From Mustelus asterias (Eukaryota), in assembly GCF_964213995.1 (NCBI RefSeq), contig NC_135821.1, positions 77,562,001 to 77,626,000 of the forward strand: 64,000 nucleotides of DNA, given 5' to 3'. Below are positions 40,701-52,275 of the stretch, piece after piece (positions within the stretch are counted from its first letter, which is position 1; each line of letters begins with the position of its first letter). Both the position numbers and the translations under genes were made by a program. The notes beneath the pieces were generated by a model that was given only the letters and a program-made list of their open reading frames with translations, was not told the origin of the DNA and did no database searches.

Positions 40701-41982
40701 CAGCCACATTCAGCAAATTAAAAACAAACCGTCACCATTGCGGCTTCTTTAGAGACACAAAATCTGATTGATCCCAGCCAGAAATAGATGTGCTCCACCC
40801 ACATCAGCACCCCACCCCCTTCACAAATGGTACATAGTTAATTTAAAATGTTCCAAGTCAATCTACTAAAAATCCCATGCACGAAACAAAAGATCGCATC
40901 ACCGGGAGCACTGTGTGCTTGTTCACACAGCTTCAATTCTGCTCTTTGTTACTGCCTAATTCTTTCAAGGCTATTGTGCTACAGGCAACAGTTGCTGCCT
41001 AGTACCTAGTTTGATAATTTGTGTGCGAGACTAGACAGGAAGTATTGACATGGAGGGTGGTAGGGGAAGGGGGGAAGGATGGGGAAAACGGCATCACAGC
41101 TGAATCTGATCATGCTGTCAACCAGCACACACACACACTTTGCAGGTGGGGACACTGGATGGCATTTAGGAGCAGAAACCTTGACTGATTTTCCCCTCGA
41201 CAATGAGGCTAAGTTTCCCACTCCAACAATTGCACTGCCTGAAAGCAGCTCACTCGGTCAGTACAGCTCGGAAATTAAATTTCAAACCTTCTTGGTCATT
41301 ATGGCTCAGCTCCAGACTAGACTATTTATTAACTGAGCTATTGGAGGAAGCTTGCTTGTGTATTGCATACACATGTATATATTATATTATAAAAGCAAAT
41401 GTATTATTGGGCCAAAATTGCTTATTTTTCCAGAACTTCTGCTACCAAAAAATAAACACGTTTAATTTTTGCATGTCAGATATTGATGAGGTTGACAAAA
41501 TGTAAATTACATTTTTGATATTAGTCAAATTAAGGGTTTTACATAACTCAAACCACTGGATATCCAAGGGGCCGGGGGAAATGTCATGATATGTAATTAA
41601 AAGATTCTGACCCATAGTGAAAACTGCAAAGGACAAATCTCATGTAATTTATGAACATCTGCAGGACCAAGTGGCTAAATTGCCATTTCTAATACTTTAC
41701 TTTATGAAATACATGTGAAATGTTGCTGAAAAGAACATTTATAAAAATCTATTGTTGTCACTTCCCTCAGAGGTCAATGGTAACATTACAACAGTACAAC
41801 AAACTGATTAATCCCTCATTAAATACATACTGTGGTGCAGCAACTAGAACACCGCTGTATAATTGGTGACAATGCTGGTCGTCATAATTCTTGAAAACAT
41901 TCAATATTAGAAACTAGCATCCTATTAGGCATCATTCTGATTATACATTAACCAACCTGTCATTCATGGAGAATATTTTAAA

Positions 41983-42508
41983 CACAGTAAGAAGTTTAAC
42001 AACACCAGGTTAAAGTCCAACAGGTTTATTTGGTAGCAAAAGCCACACAAGCTTTCGGAGCTCTAAGCCCCTTCTTCAGGTGAGTGGGAATTCTGTTCAC
42101 AAACAGAGCTTATAAAGACACAGACTCAATTTACATGAATAATGGTTGGAATGCGAATACTTACAACTAATCAAGTCTTTAAGAAACAAAACAATGTGAG
42201 TGGAGAGAGCATCAAGACAGGCTAAAAAGATGTGTATTGTCTCCAGGCAAGACAGCCAGTGAAACTCTGCAGGTCCACGCAACTGTGGGAGTTACAAGTA
42301 GTGTGACATGAACCCAATATCCCGGTTGAGGCCGTCCTCGTGTGTGCGGAACTTGGCTATCAGTTTCTGCTCAGCGACTCTGCGCTGTCGTGTGTCGCGA
42401 AGGCCGCCTTGGAGAACGCTTACCCGAATATCAGAGGCCGAATGCTCGTGACCGCTGAAGTGCTCCCCAACAGGAAGAGAACAGTCTTGCCTGGTGATTG
42501 TCGAGCGG
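41983..42508 (-). mobile_element. Young Penelope-like element, 5'-truncated
   Basis: RSTITRQDCSLPVGEHF...VAEQKLIAKFRTHEDGLN; nearly identical to the arms at 46466-47734; probable TSD tttaaa at 41977-41982 and 42509-42514. Confidence 0.92.
42043..42088 (-). ncRNA. Minimal type I hammerhead ribozyme motif in the PLE pLTR
   Basis: Minus strand CAC-CUGAAGA-A-GGGGC-uuaga-GCUCC-GAAA-G-CUU/GUG. Confidence 0.75.
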
Positions 42509-44053
42509 TTTAAAAACATGGCCACAATATCTAAAGACCAGATTGTTAAGATGACCATTCTGTTCTCCATCCAAACTAGTCTGCTGTCAGTGATCACAGG
42601 ATAGTCTATCTCAGGTGGCCCTGTATTCATACAGCCTCAGAACTTTATCAGCAATAGATTGGACAGCAACAAGCACTAATGCAGCATGCAAAGTTCACTG
42701 CTTTATTTTCCTTTTAATATTGATGAACTGAAATTTCAATTTTTTACAAAGGCAATTAATTGAAGGCGGAACTACAAACTTAATATTTGAAAAAAATCTA
42801 CAAAATTTAATGGTATAGACATTTTCTTACTCCATCATTTTTCGCAACTTTTCTTTTGAAACTAATTTTCTTCAATTCAGTCCCCTTCTGCTTCCCACCT
42901 CCCCCCGCCCCCCCCCCCCCCCCCCCCCAACCCAAGTCACCACTATTTCTTCTTCCCTAAACAGTAGAAGCAGTTAGCTATCCATTACAGTGCTGGAATG
43001 TAGTAAACTGCACAATGATTCCAACACAAGGTTTCCATTACCACCAGCATGGTAAACAGAACAGCCAGGAAAATAAAACCACCTGGTTCTGTTCAGGGAG
43101 AGCTCAGAATATCCTGACTCTGTGCACCAAGACAGCCTTCAGAAAGCACAGACCGATAAAGCCAAAAAACATGTTACTGCTTCCAACAAATGGAGTTTCA
43201 TTTGTTTTATAGTTCACTTTGACAGATCACAGCATCTGTTTTGCTAGTGGAAACATTTTTTAAAAAGCAAATGGAACGTAGATTAATTAAGAATGTGAAT
43301 GAATAAATATACATTGTCCTCTTGCTCCACATTACAACTACTTTGCTTTAAAAGACTAAAGCTTAGTGGCATATTATCATAGCAACGAAACATGCTGCAT
43401 TAAACATTTTTCCGCAGCAGGATTAACTTGATTTCAACCAGATCCACCTATAGATTTGAATTAGTTTGAAACGCATGAGTTTTTTAAAAAAAGGAACCAA
43501 TCTTCCAAGCTGCAATGCCCACATTTATTGCAAGACAAGTAAATCATTTCTTCCTATATAGATGTAGTTAGTAAAGTAACGATTATAAAGTCTCCTCTCA
43601 CTCCAAGCTGTGAGAACATATTGAAGTTGCTGCATCAAAGTCAATTTGAGGAATGCAGAGTTTGCATATTCATGTCACTGACCATCAAGCTGTCAATGAT
43701 GGAATCAAAGCCTGGAGACAAAGATCACAAGTTGGTCTGCATTGCAGCTGTAGGGTAAGTTTGCACTTTGAGTGGAAAAGTCCAAAACTGCAGAAATAAG
43801 AATTTAAACTGCAGTTACCTTCTATGTAGTATTTAAAGAATCAGTGAAATAACCTACAGCACCTACCACCAAAAGCCAGGTCCTTGCGAGAAAAAGTCAC
43901 AGGTTACTTTGAAAGCATAAGGAGTGGCTGGTCTTATTAATGTTGAAGGTAACAAGCTGGAGGAGGCTGACCTGCACTGTGGCCCAAACAGTTTTTCATC
44001 TCAGAGTGAATAAACATATCATGCACTCCACACAGTAACAATCCACTCAAAGG

Positions 44054-44945
44054 ACATAAGAACTAGGAGCAGGAGTCGGCCATCTGGCCCCTCAAGCCTG
44101 CTCCGCCATTCAATAAGATCATGGCTGATCTTTTTGTGGACTCAGCTCCACTTACCCACTCGCTCACCATAACCCTTAATTCCTTTACTGGTCAAAAGTT
44201 TATCCATCTTTGCCTTAAAGACATTCAACAAGGCAGCCTCAACTGCTTCACTGGGCAGGGAATTGCACAGATTTACAACCCTTTGGGTGAATAAGTTCCT
44301 CAACTCAGTCCTAAATCTGCTCCCCCTTATTTTGAGGCAGACGTGACCTCTGCACACTTTGCTCCACCACTCATCCTAGTGTCATCTGCAAACTTTGACA
44401 CACTACATTTGGCCCCCAACTCCAAATCATCTATGTAAATTGTAAACAATTGCTGTCCCAACACTGATCCCTGAGGCACACAACTCATCAGCCAGAAAAG
44501 TCCCCTTTACCCTCACTCTTTACTTTCTGTTAATTAACCAATCCTCTATTCATGCCAATACATTACCCACAATACTGTGCACTTTCATCTTATGCAACAG
44601 CCTTTTGTGCAGCACCTTGTTTAATGCCTTCTGGAAATCCAAATCCACCAGATGCACCGATTCCCCCATGTCCACTGTGCTCATAACGTCCTCAAAGAAT
44701 TCCACTAAATTAGTTAAACATGACCTGCCTTTCACGAACCCATGCTGTGTCTTCCCAATGGGACAATTTCTATCCAGATGTCTTGCTATTTCTTCCTTGA
44801 TGATAGATTCAAACATTTCCCCCACCACAGAAGTTAAGCAAACCAGCCTATTGTTACCCGCCTTTTGTCTACCTCTTTTTAAACAGTGGCGTCACACCTG
44901 CTGTTCTCCAATCTGCCGGAACCACCCCAGCGTCCACCAAATTCC
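44054..44945 (-). mobile_element. CR1 subfamily A1 fragment with internal deletions
   Basis: TQHGFVKGRSCLTNL, LDFQKAL, FTQRVVNLCNSLP; tail acataagaactaggagcagg. Confidence 0.9.
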
Positions 44946-45217
44946 ACTCTCAACTAGTTTTCTCATTTGAAAACAAATGTATTCCATTAGATTATCGCTG
45001 ATCTGTGCCTGATCTCCATCTGCCCACCTTGATTCAGTAAGCCTTAACACAATCGCCTTGCAAAAATGTAATAATCTCAGTCTTGATATTTTCAACTGAC
45101 ACCAAAGTCTTAGCAGCCTCTTTTTGGAGAGGGGTGGGGAGAGGGATGTGAAAGGCAAGGTTCAAGGTTTCCACTATCCTTGAGAAAACACAACAAGTTC
45201 TACAAATTAATAGATCA

Positions 45218-45402
45218 GTCTAAAGATATGCAGGTTCGGTGGCTTGGCCATGCTAAATTGCTCCTTAGGTGTCCCACGGTTTGTAGTTTAGGGATAAATA
45301 CATGGGGTTACGTGGATACCTGGGTGGGATGCTCTGTTGGAGAGTTGGTGTGGACTTGATGGGCTGAATGGCCGCCTTCTGCATTGTAGGGATTCTATGA
45401 AG
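45218..45402 (+). mobile_element. V-SINE 3' part
   Basis: cagtctaaagatatgcaggttcggtggcttggccatgctaaattg...gtagggattctatga. Confidence 0.8.
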
Positions 45403-46525
45403 AAAAGGCTACCAAACAAAGAACAAAGAACAATACAGCACAGGAACAGGCCCTTCGGCCCTCCAAGCCTGCGCCGCTCATGTGCCCACTAGACCATTCT
45501 TTTGTATCCCTCTATTCCCAGTCTGTTCATGTGGCTATCTAGATAAGTCTTAAACGATCCCAGCATGTCCGCCGCAATCACCTTGCTTGGCAGTGCATTC
45601 CAGGCCCCCACCACCCTCTGTGTAAAATACATCCCCCTGACATCTGTGTTGCCCCCCTCACCTTGAACCCGTGACCCCTTGTGTTCGTCACCTCCGACGT
45701 GGGAAAAAGCTTCCCACTGTTCACCCTATCTATGCTCTTCATTATTTTATACACCTCTATTAGGTCGCCCCTCATCCTCCGTCTTTCCAGTGAGAACAAC
45801 CCCAGTTTACCCAATCTCTCCTCATAGCGAAGACCCTCCATACCAGGCAACACCCTGGTGAACCTCCTCTGTACTATCTCCAAAGCCTCCACGTCCTTCT
45901 GGTAGTGTGGCAACCAGAACTGGATGCAGTATTCCAAATGTGGCCTAACCATCGTACTATACAGCTGCAACATCATATGCCAACTTTTATATTCCATGCC
46001 CCGTCCAATAAAGGCAAGCATGCCATATGCCTTCTTGACCACCCTCTCCACCTGTGCTGCCACTTTTAAGGATCTGTGGACTTGTACCCCCAGGTCCCTC
46101 TGTGTGTCTATACTCCTGATGGTTCTGCCATTTATTGCATAGCTCCCCCCTTACATTAGATCTACCGAAATGCATCACTTCGCATTTATCTGGATTAAAT
46201 TCCTTCTGCCATTTCTCCGCCCAATGTTCCAGCCTATGTATATCCTGCTGTATTCTCTGACAACGTTCATCACTATCCGCAACTCCAGCAATCTTCGTGT
46301 CGTCCGCAAACTTACTGATCACACCAGTTACATCTTCCTCCAAATCATTTATAAATATCACAAACAGCAGAGGTCCCAGTACAGAGCCCTGCGGAACACC
46401 ACTAGTCACAGACCTCCAACTGGAAAAAGACCCCTCCACTGCTACCCTCTGTCTTCTATGGCTAACACAGTAAGAAGCTTAACAACACCAGGTTAAAGTC
46501 CAACAGGTTTATTTGGTAGCAAAAG

Positions 46526-46571
46526 CCACACAAGCTTTCGGAGCTCTAAGCCCCTTCTTCAGGTGAGTGGG
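46526..46571 (-). ncRNA. Minimal hammerhead ribozyme motif (left arm)
   Basis: Same motif as 42043-42088. Confidence 0.75.
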
Positions 46572-46774
46572 AATTCTGTTCACAAACAGAGCTTATAAAG
46601 ACACAGACTCAATTTACATGAATAATGGTTGGAATGCGAATACTTACAACTAATCAAGTCTTTAAGAAACAAAACAATGGGAGTGGAGAGAGCATCAAGA
46701 CAGGCTAAAAAGATGTGTATTGTCTCCAGGCAAGACAGCCAGTGAAACTCTGCAGGTCCACGCAACTGTGGGAG

Positions 46775-47092
46775 TTACAAGTAGTGTGACATGAACCCAA
46801 TATCCCGGTTGAGGCCGTCCTCATGTGTGCGGAACTTGGCTATCAGTTTCTGCTCAGCGACTCTGCGCTGTCGTGTGTCGCGAAGGCCGCCTTGGAGAAC
46901 GCTTACCCGAATATCAGAGGCCGAATGCCCGTGACCGCTGAAGTGCTCCCCAACAGGAAGAGAACAGTCTTGCCTGGTGATTGTCGAGCGGTGTTCATTC
47001 ATCCGTTGTCGCAGCGTCTGCATAGTTTCCCCAATGTACCATGCCTCGGGACATCCTTTCTTGCAGCGTATCAGGTAGACAACGTTGGCCGA
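46775..47092 (-). pseudogene. PLE GIY-YIG endonuclease domain (C-terminus of the PLE ORF; RT absent)
   Basis: SANVVY.IRC...C....YIGET...LRQRMNEH...HF...E...GLN: GIY-YIG motif with CCHH residues; the S.NVVY form resembles Neptune-clade PLEs. Confidence 0.9.
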
Positions 47093-47591
47093 TACGCTGC
47101 AAGAAAGGATGTCCCGAGGCATGGTACATTGGGGAAACTATGCAGACGCTGCGACAACGGATGAATGAACACCGCTCGACAATCACCAGGCAAGACTGTT
47201 CTCTTCCTGTTGGGGAGCACTTCAGCGGTCACGGGCATTCGGCCTCTGATATTCGGGTAAGCGTTCTCCAAGGCGGCCTTCGCGACACACGACAGCGCAG
47301 AGTCGCTGAGCAGAAACTGATAGCCAAGTTCCGCACACACGAGGACGGCCTCAACCGGGATATTGGGTTCATGTCACACTACTTGTAACTCCCACAGTTG
47401 CGTGGACCTGCAGAGTTTCACTGGCTGTCTTGTCTGGAGACAATACACATCTTTTTAGCCTGTCTTGATGCTCTCTCCACTCCCATTGTTTTGTTTCTTA
47501 AAGACTTGATTAGTTGTAAGTATTCGCATTCCAACCATTATTCATGTAAATTGAGTCTGTGTCTTTATAAGCTCTGTTTGTGAACAGAATT

Positions 47592-47638
47592 CCCACTCAC
47601 CTGAAGAAGGGGCTTAGAGCTTCGAAAGCTTGTGTGGC
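47592..47638 (+). ncRNA. Minimal hammerhead ribozyme motif (right arm)
   Basis: CUGAAGA 47601-47607, stem II ggggc/gcuuc, GAAA 47624-47627, palindromic AAGCUU, predicted cut after 47631, GUG pairing with CAC 47598-47600. Confidence 0.75.
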
Positions 47639-48867
47639 TTTTGCTACCAAATAAACCTGTTGGACTTTAACCTGGTGTTGTTAAACTTCTTACTGTGTTT
47701 ACCCCAGTCCAACGCCGGCATCTCCACATCATGACTTCTATGGCTAAGCCAGTTCTCCACCCATCTAGCTAGCTCACCTTTTATCCCGTGAGATTTAACC
47801 TTTTGCACCAGCCTGCCCTTCGGCCCTCCAAGCCTGCGTCTCTTGTCAAACGCTTTACTAAAAACCATATAGACGACATCTATGGCCCTTCCCTCGTCAA
47901 TCGTTTTTGTCACCTCCTCAAAAAACTCAACCAAATTCGTGAGGCATGACTTCCCTCATACAAAATCATGCTGTCTATCGCTAATGAGATTATTCAGTTC
48001 TAAATGCGCATATATCCTATCTCTAAGAATCTTCAACAACTTCCCTACCACGGACGTCAAGCTCACCGACCTATAATTACCCGGGTTATCCTTGCTACCC
48101 TTCTTAAATAACGGGACCACTGGTCCTAAATTTACAAGTTCCTCTTTTCATCAAGTGATCAGCATATGCAATGATTTCCAAGTAGGGTAGTGAAGGTAAA
48201 ATTCCTAGAATTGTTTAAGAAGCAGTTGGATAAAGCAAAGAGATCTTTCTGGTTGGACAAAGGTAGAACGTTGATACAGTTACTGTTTACAAAATGTCAA
48301 CAAATCAGGAAAACTGGTCATTAAACAAAATGAATCAATTTTTCTCATGAGACATTAATCTCAAGGTTTTCTGGATTTTTGTATTCACTACATCTTAGAA
48401 GATGCCAGTATAAGTCAATAGCCTGTGATTTGATGACAAAGTTAAAAATCACCTGTCATTAACATTGAAAAATAATTTCTTCCTCATATTGTCTGATTTT
48501 AATCCAGTTGACAAAGTGGCCAACATTTTGTAAACTGGGTTAGTGAGCCAGGTCAGTACGTTATGGTCATGGTCATATTAACATATTTTAAAAATTTGTT
48601 ACAGATTTCTAAGTTCATGCAAGTGAAAAGCTACTCATGGGGATTGAGAACTAGCTTCAGTACCAAGCGCCCTCCAGTAAGAACTTTACTACAGCAGTAT
48701 AGAGTAAAGTGCACTATATTCTGCAGCAATTAACACCGTGCTTTAATTGTGCCTTTAAAGAGCAACTAAACAACAACTTGTATTTATATAGTGCCTTTAA
48801 TGTAATAAAATGTTCCAAGGTGCTTCACAGGCACATTATAAAACAAAATATGACAACAAGGCACTGA

Positions 48868-49866
48868 TTATTTTTATTCATTAATGGGACATGGCCATCA
48901 GTGGCCAGGCCAAGATTTATTGCCCATCTTTAACACTCTTAAAATGGCGATGGTAAGCAAACTTCATCACCCACTGCAGTTCATCTGATGGAGGTACATT
49001 CACAGTGCTGTTAGGGAGGGAGTTCCAGGAGTTTGGCCAAGCGACAGTGATAGAACAGTGATATATTTCCAATTCAGGATTGTGATTGACTTGGAGGGAA
49101 ACTTGCAGGTGGTAGCGTTCCCATGCATCTGTTGCCCTTGTCCTTCTAGCTGATAGAGGTTGAGGGTTTGGAAGATGGTGTCAAAGGAGCTTGGTAATAC
49201 CATTGAATGTCAATGTGATATTGTTAGATTCTCTCTTGTTGGATACAATCATCGCCTGCCTGACACTTGTGTGGCATGAATGTTATTTGCCAGTTGTCAA
49301 CACCAGCCTGAATATTGTCTGGGTCTTGCTACACATGCACATGGACATAGACATGGATGGTTTGTATCTGAGGTTTTGAAGACAGAGCTGAACATAGTAC
49401 GTTCTGAGGATTGCACAGTTACCTTACAGAATGTCATTGACAAAACGGCTGAAGATGGTTGTGCCTAGGACACTATCCTGAGGAACTCCTGCAGTGATAC
49501 TCTGGGACTGAGATGATTAACAAACAACCACAGCTATCTTTCTTAATGCTAGGTATGGCTCCAACCAGTGGAAAGTTTTCTCACTGATTGCCATTGAATT
49601 TACTTTTGCTAGCACTCCTTGATGTCACATTTGGTCAAATATTGCCTTGATATCAAGAGCAGTCACTCTCACCTCATGAGTTCAGCTCTTTTGTCTATGT
49701 TTGGACCAAGGCTGTAATAGGGTCAGGAGCTGAGTGGCCCTGGCAGAATCCAAACTGATCATTAGTGCGCAGGTTATTGCCGAGACAAGGACCACTTGAT
49801 AGCACCGTCAATGACCCCTTCCAAAATTTTGATGATGTTTAGATAGATTGATGGGGCGATAATTGG
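48868..49866 (-). mobile_element. Family-B LINE, 3' portion with deletions
   Basis: Tail tttttattcattaatgggacat...atttattgcccatc; reverse strand AGVPQDSVLG and LDIKAIFDQM. Confidence 0.8.
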
Positions 49867-49867
49867 T

Positions 49868-50090
49868 CATAGGGCAATGTTAGACAGAAGACTATGAACT
49901 TGAACAAATAGGTGGGACTTAAAGAGTGTCTGAAAGAGGGAAAGAGAGGTTGAGAGGTTTAGGGAAGGAATTCCAGAGCTTAGCCCACAGGCAGCTGAAG
50001 ACAGGGCCACCAATTGTGGAGCAATTAAAATCAGGGATGGGCAGAATGCAGGAATTAGAAGAGGGCAAATACCTTGGAAAGTTGTGGGGG
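49868..50090 (-). mobile_element. L2 LINE 3' fragment
   Basis: GGPVFSCLWAKLWNSFPKPL; homologous to 17150-17350. Confidence 0.75.
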
Positions 50091-50854
50091 AGAACAAAGA
50101 ACAAAGAACAAAGAAAATGACAGCACAGGAACAGGCCCTTCGGCCCTCCAAGCCTGCACAGAACATGCTGCCCGACTTAACTAAAACTCCCTACCCTTCC
50201 GGGGACCATATCCCTCTATTCTCATCCTATTCATGTACTTGTCAAGATGCCCCTTAAAAGTCACTACCGTATCTGCTTCCACTACCTCCTCCGGTAACGA
50301 GTTCCAGGCACCCACCACTCTGTGTAAAAAATCTGCCTCGTACATTTCCTTTAAACCTTGCCCCTCACACCTTAAACCTATGCCCCCGAGTAATTGACTC
50401 TTCCACCCTGGGAAAAAGCTTCTGACTATCCACTCTGTCCATGTCTCTCATAATCTTGTAGACTTCTATCAGGTCGCCCCTCAACCTCCGTCGCTCCAGT
50501 GAGAACAAACCACGTTTCTCCAACCTCTCCTCATAGCTAATGCCCTCCATACCAGGTTACATCCTGGTAAATCTTTTCTGTACCCTCTCCAAAGCCTCGA
50601 CATCCTACTGGTAGTGTGGCGACCAGAATAAAACACTATATTCCAAGTGTAGCCGAACTAAGGTTCTTATAAAGCTGCAACATGACTTGCCAATTTTTAA
50701 ACTCAATGCCTCGGCCGATGAAGGCAAGCATGCCATTGTTCAACCGGAGCAAGGCAGAGAGGAGCGATTTGTAGCTGGAGTAAAAAGAGTAAGGGATTGA
50801 CTTTTTTTCCCTTACTTTTTCGTGGGGTTTCTTTTTTTTTTCCTAGTTTAAGTG

Positions 50855-51055
50855 AAAAGCGGAAGTAGGCCGGCCGCGGGATGACCTGGGAAGGAATTTT
50901 TTATTTTTTTTTTATAAGCGCGCGGGAGGTTTAAAAAGCAGGCCGCACTATCCAGCGGGCAACGTCGTTAGCGGGCAGCGAAGTGAGCAGGTAGCAGAGT
51001 GAGGGCTGAAGGGCTTTGGTTCAACGGGCTTAGGCGGAAACGGGCAAGGCAGGGT
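50855..51055 (+). promoter_or_regulatory. CpG-rich CR1 5' UTR, likely internal promoter
   Basis: Dense CpG in a CpG-poor window; ETS-like GCGGAAGT at 50859-50866. Confidence 0.45.
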
Positions 51056-51107
51056 AGGTTTAGTTCTTAGTTTTTAAAAACTTAAAAACAAAACCAATCA
51101 AATAAGG

Positions 51108-52046
51108 ATGGAGGGTCAGGTGATGTGTTGTTCCTGCATGATGTGGGAGCTGGTGGACCCCATTGTGGTTCCCAGTGAACATGTCTGCAGTAAGTGTTGG
51201 TTGCTTGAGGAACTCCGGCTCAGGGTTGATGAGCTGGATTCTGAGCTTCGGACACTGCGACACATCAGGGAGGGGGAGAGATACCTGGATGCTGTGTTTC
51301 AGGAGGCAGTCACACCCCTTAGACTAACTAACTTGAATTCAGTCAGTGGTCAGGGGCAAGAGGGTTTGGCTGCGAGTGAGGCAGGTAGTGGGATCCAGGA
51401 GGTAGAGTTCCAGGAGCCTCAGTCCCTGAACCTGTCCAACAGGTTCGAGATTCTTGTTCTGTGTGTGGACGGGAACGGGGAGTGCAGGGAGGATGAGCAA
51501 ACTGACCACAGCACCATGGTACAGGGAGCCGTTCAAGTGGGGGGAGAAAAAAGAAATGTAGTCGTAATTGGGGAGAGTATAGTTAGGGGCATTGACACTG
51601 TTCTCTGTGACCAGGATCGAGAATCCCGAAGATTGTGTTGCTTGCCTGGTGCTCGGGTCCAGGATATCTCATGTGGGCTGCAGAGGAACTTGGAGTGGGA
51701 GGGTAAAAATCCAGTTGTCGTGGTCCACGTAGGTACCAACGACATAGGTAGAACAGGAACAGAGGTTCTGCTACGGGAATATGAAAAGCTAGGAGCTAAA
51801 TTAAAAAGCAGAACCAAAAAGGTAATAATCTCTGGATTACTACCTGAGCCACGAGTGAATTGGTGCAGGGTCAATAAGATTAAGGAGGAAAATGCGTGGC
51901 TCAAAGATTGGTGTGGGAGGAATGGGTTTGAATTCATGGGACATTGGCACCAGTATTGGGGAAGAGGGGACCTGTTCCGATGGGATGGTATTCATCTGAA
52001 TCGTGCTGGGACCAGAGTCCTGGCGAATCATATAAGTCGGCTGTAG
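51108..52046 (+). CDS. CR1 ORF1p: Zn finger, leucine zipper and SGNH/GDSL esterase domain; open frame of 312 aa
   Basis: CxxC...CxxC (CCSC...CSKC); LEELRLRVDELDSELRTL; VIGESIVR (block I), HVGTNDI (block III), DGIH (block V). Confidence 0.9.
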   Translation: MEGQVMCCSCMMWELVDPIVVPSEHVCSKCWLLEELRLRVDELDSELRTLRHIREGERYLDAVFQEAVTPLRLTNLNSVSGQGQEGLAASEAGSGIQEVEFQEPQSLNLSNRFEILVLCVDGNGECREDEQTDHSTMVQGAVQVGGEKRNVVVIGESIVRGIDTVLCDQDRESRRLCCLPGARVQDISCGLQRNLEWEGKNPVVVVHVGTNDIGRTGTEVLLREYEKLGAKLKSRTKKVIISGLLPEPRVNWCRVNKIKEENAWLKDWCGRNGFEFMGHWHQYWGRGDLFRWDGIHLNRAGTRVLANHISRL

Positions 52047-52275
52047 ATAGGGCTTTAAACTAAATAGTGTGTGTTTGGGGGGGGGGGGGTTCAGTTGTAT
52101 GGAGAATTAGAAAATCAAAGGTAAAGGAGAGGGTAGGAATGCAGGTTAATGATGAGGACTTTCAACAAGTTAAAGGAGCCGAGGGCTCAGGAGAGGTTAG
52201 TAAAGTTTCCAGACCACGTAATAGAACAGAGTATAGAAGGTGGCAGGAATCTAGACCTCAGGCAGAGTAAAAAAG

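Larger units (their letters stand above)
46466..47734. mobile_element. Young Neptune-type Penelope-like element as an inverted duplication with both 3' tails facing outward (about 610-bp arms, 18-nt spacer 47073-47090), 13-bp TSD
   Basis: TSD cttctatggctaa at 46453-46465 and 47735-47747; mirror-image ORFs on both strands. Confidence 0.95.
45414..48120 (-). mobile_element. CR1 subfamily A2, 5'-truncated, split by the PLE palindrome
   Basis: [24 protein letters not shown]; tail (aacaaag)n; host sequence resumes at 47735. Confidence 0.92.

Noticed and set aside
42893-42929. Poly-C tract
   Set aside because: Simple low-complexity run; its length may be unreliable in the assembly
47041-47388. 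115-aa ORFs starting MPRDILSCSVS on both strands as standalone GIY-YIG genes
   Set aside because: The ATG and first residues come from the opposite inverted arm; these are truncated PLE fragments, and the plus copy lacks the VVY motif
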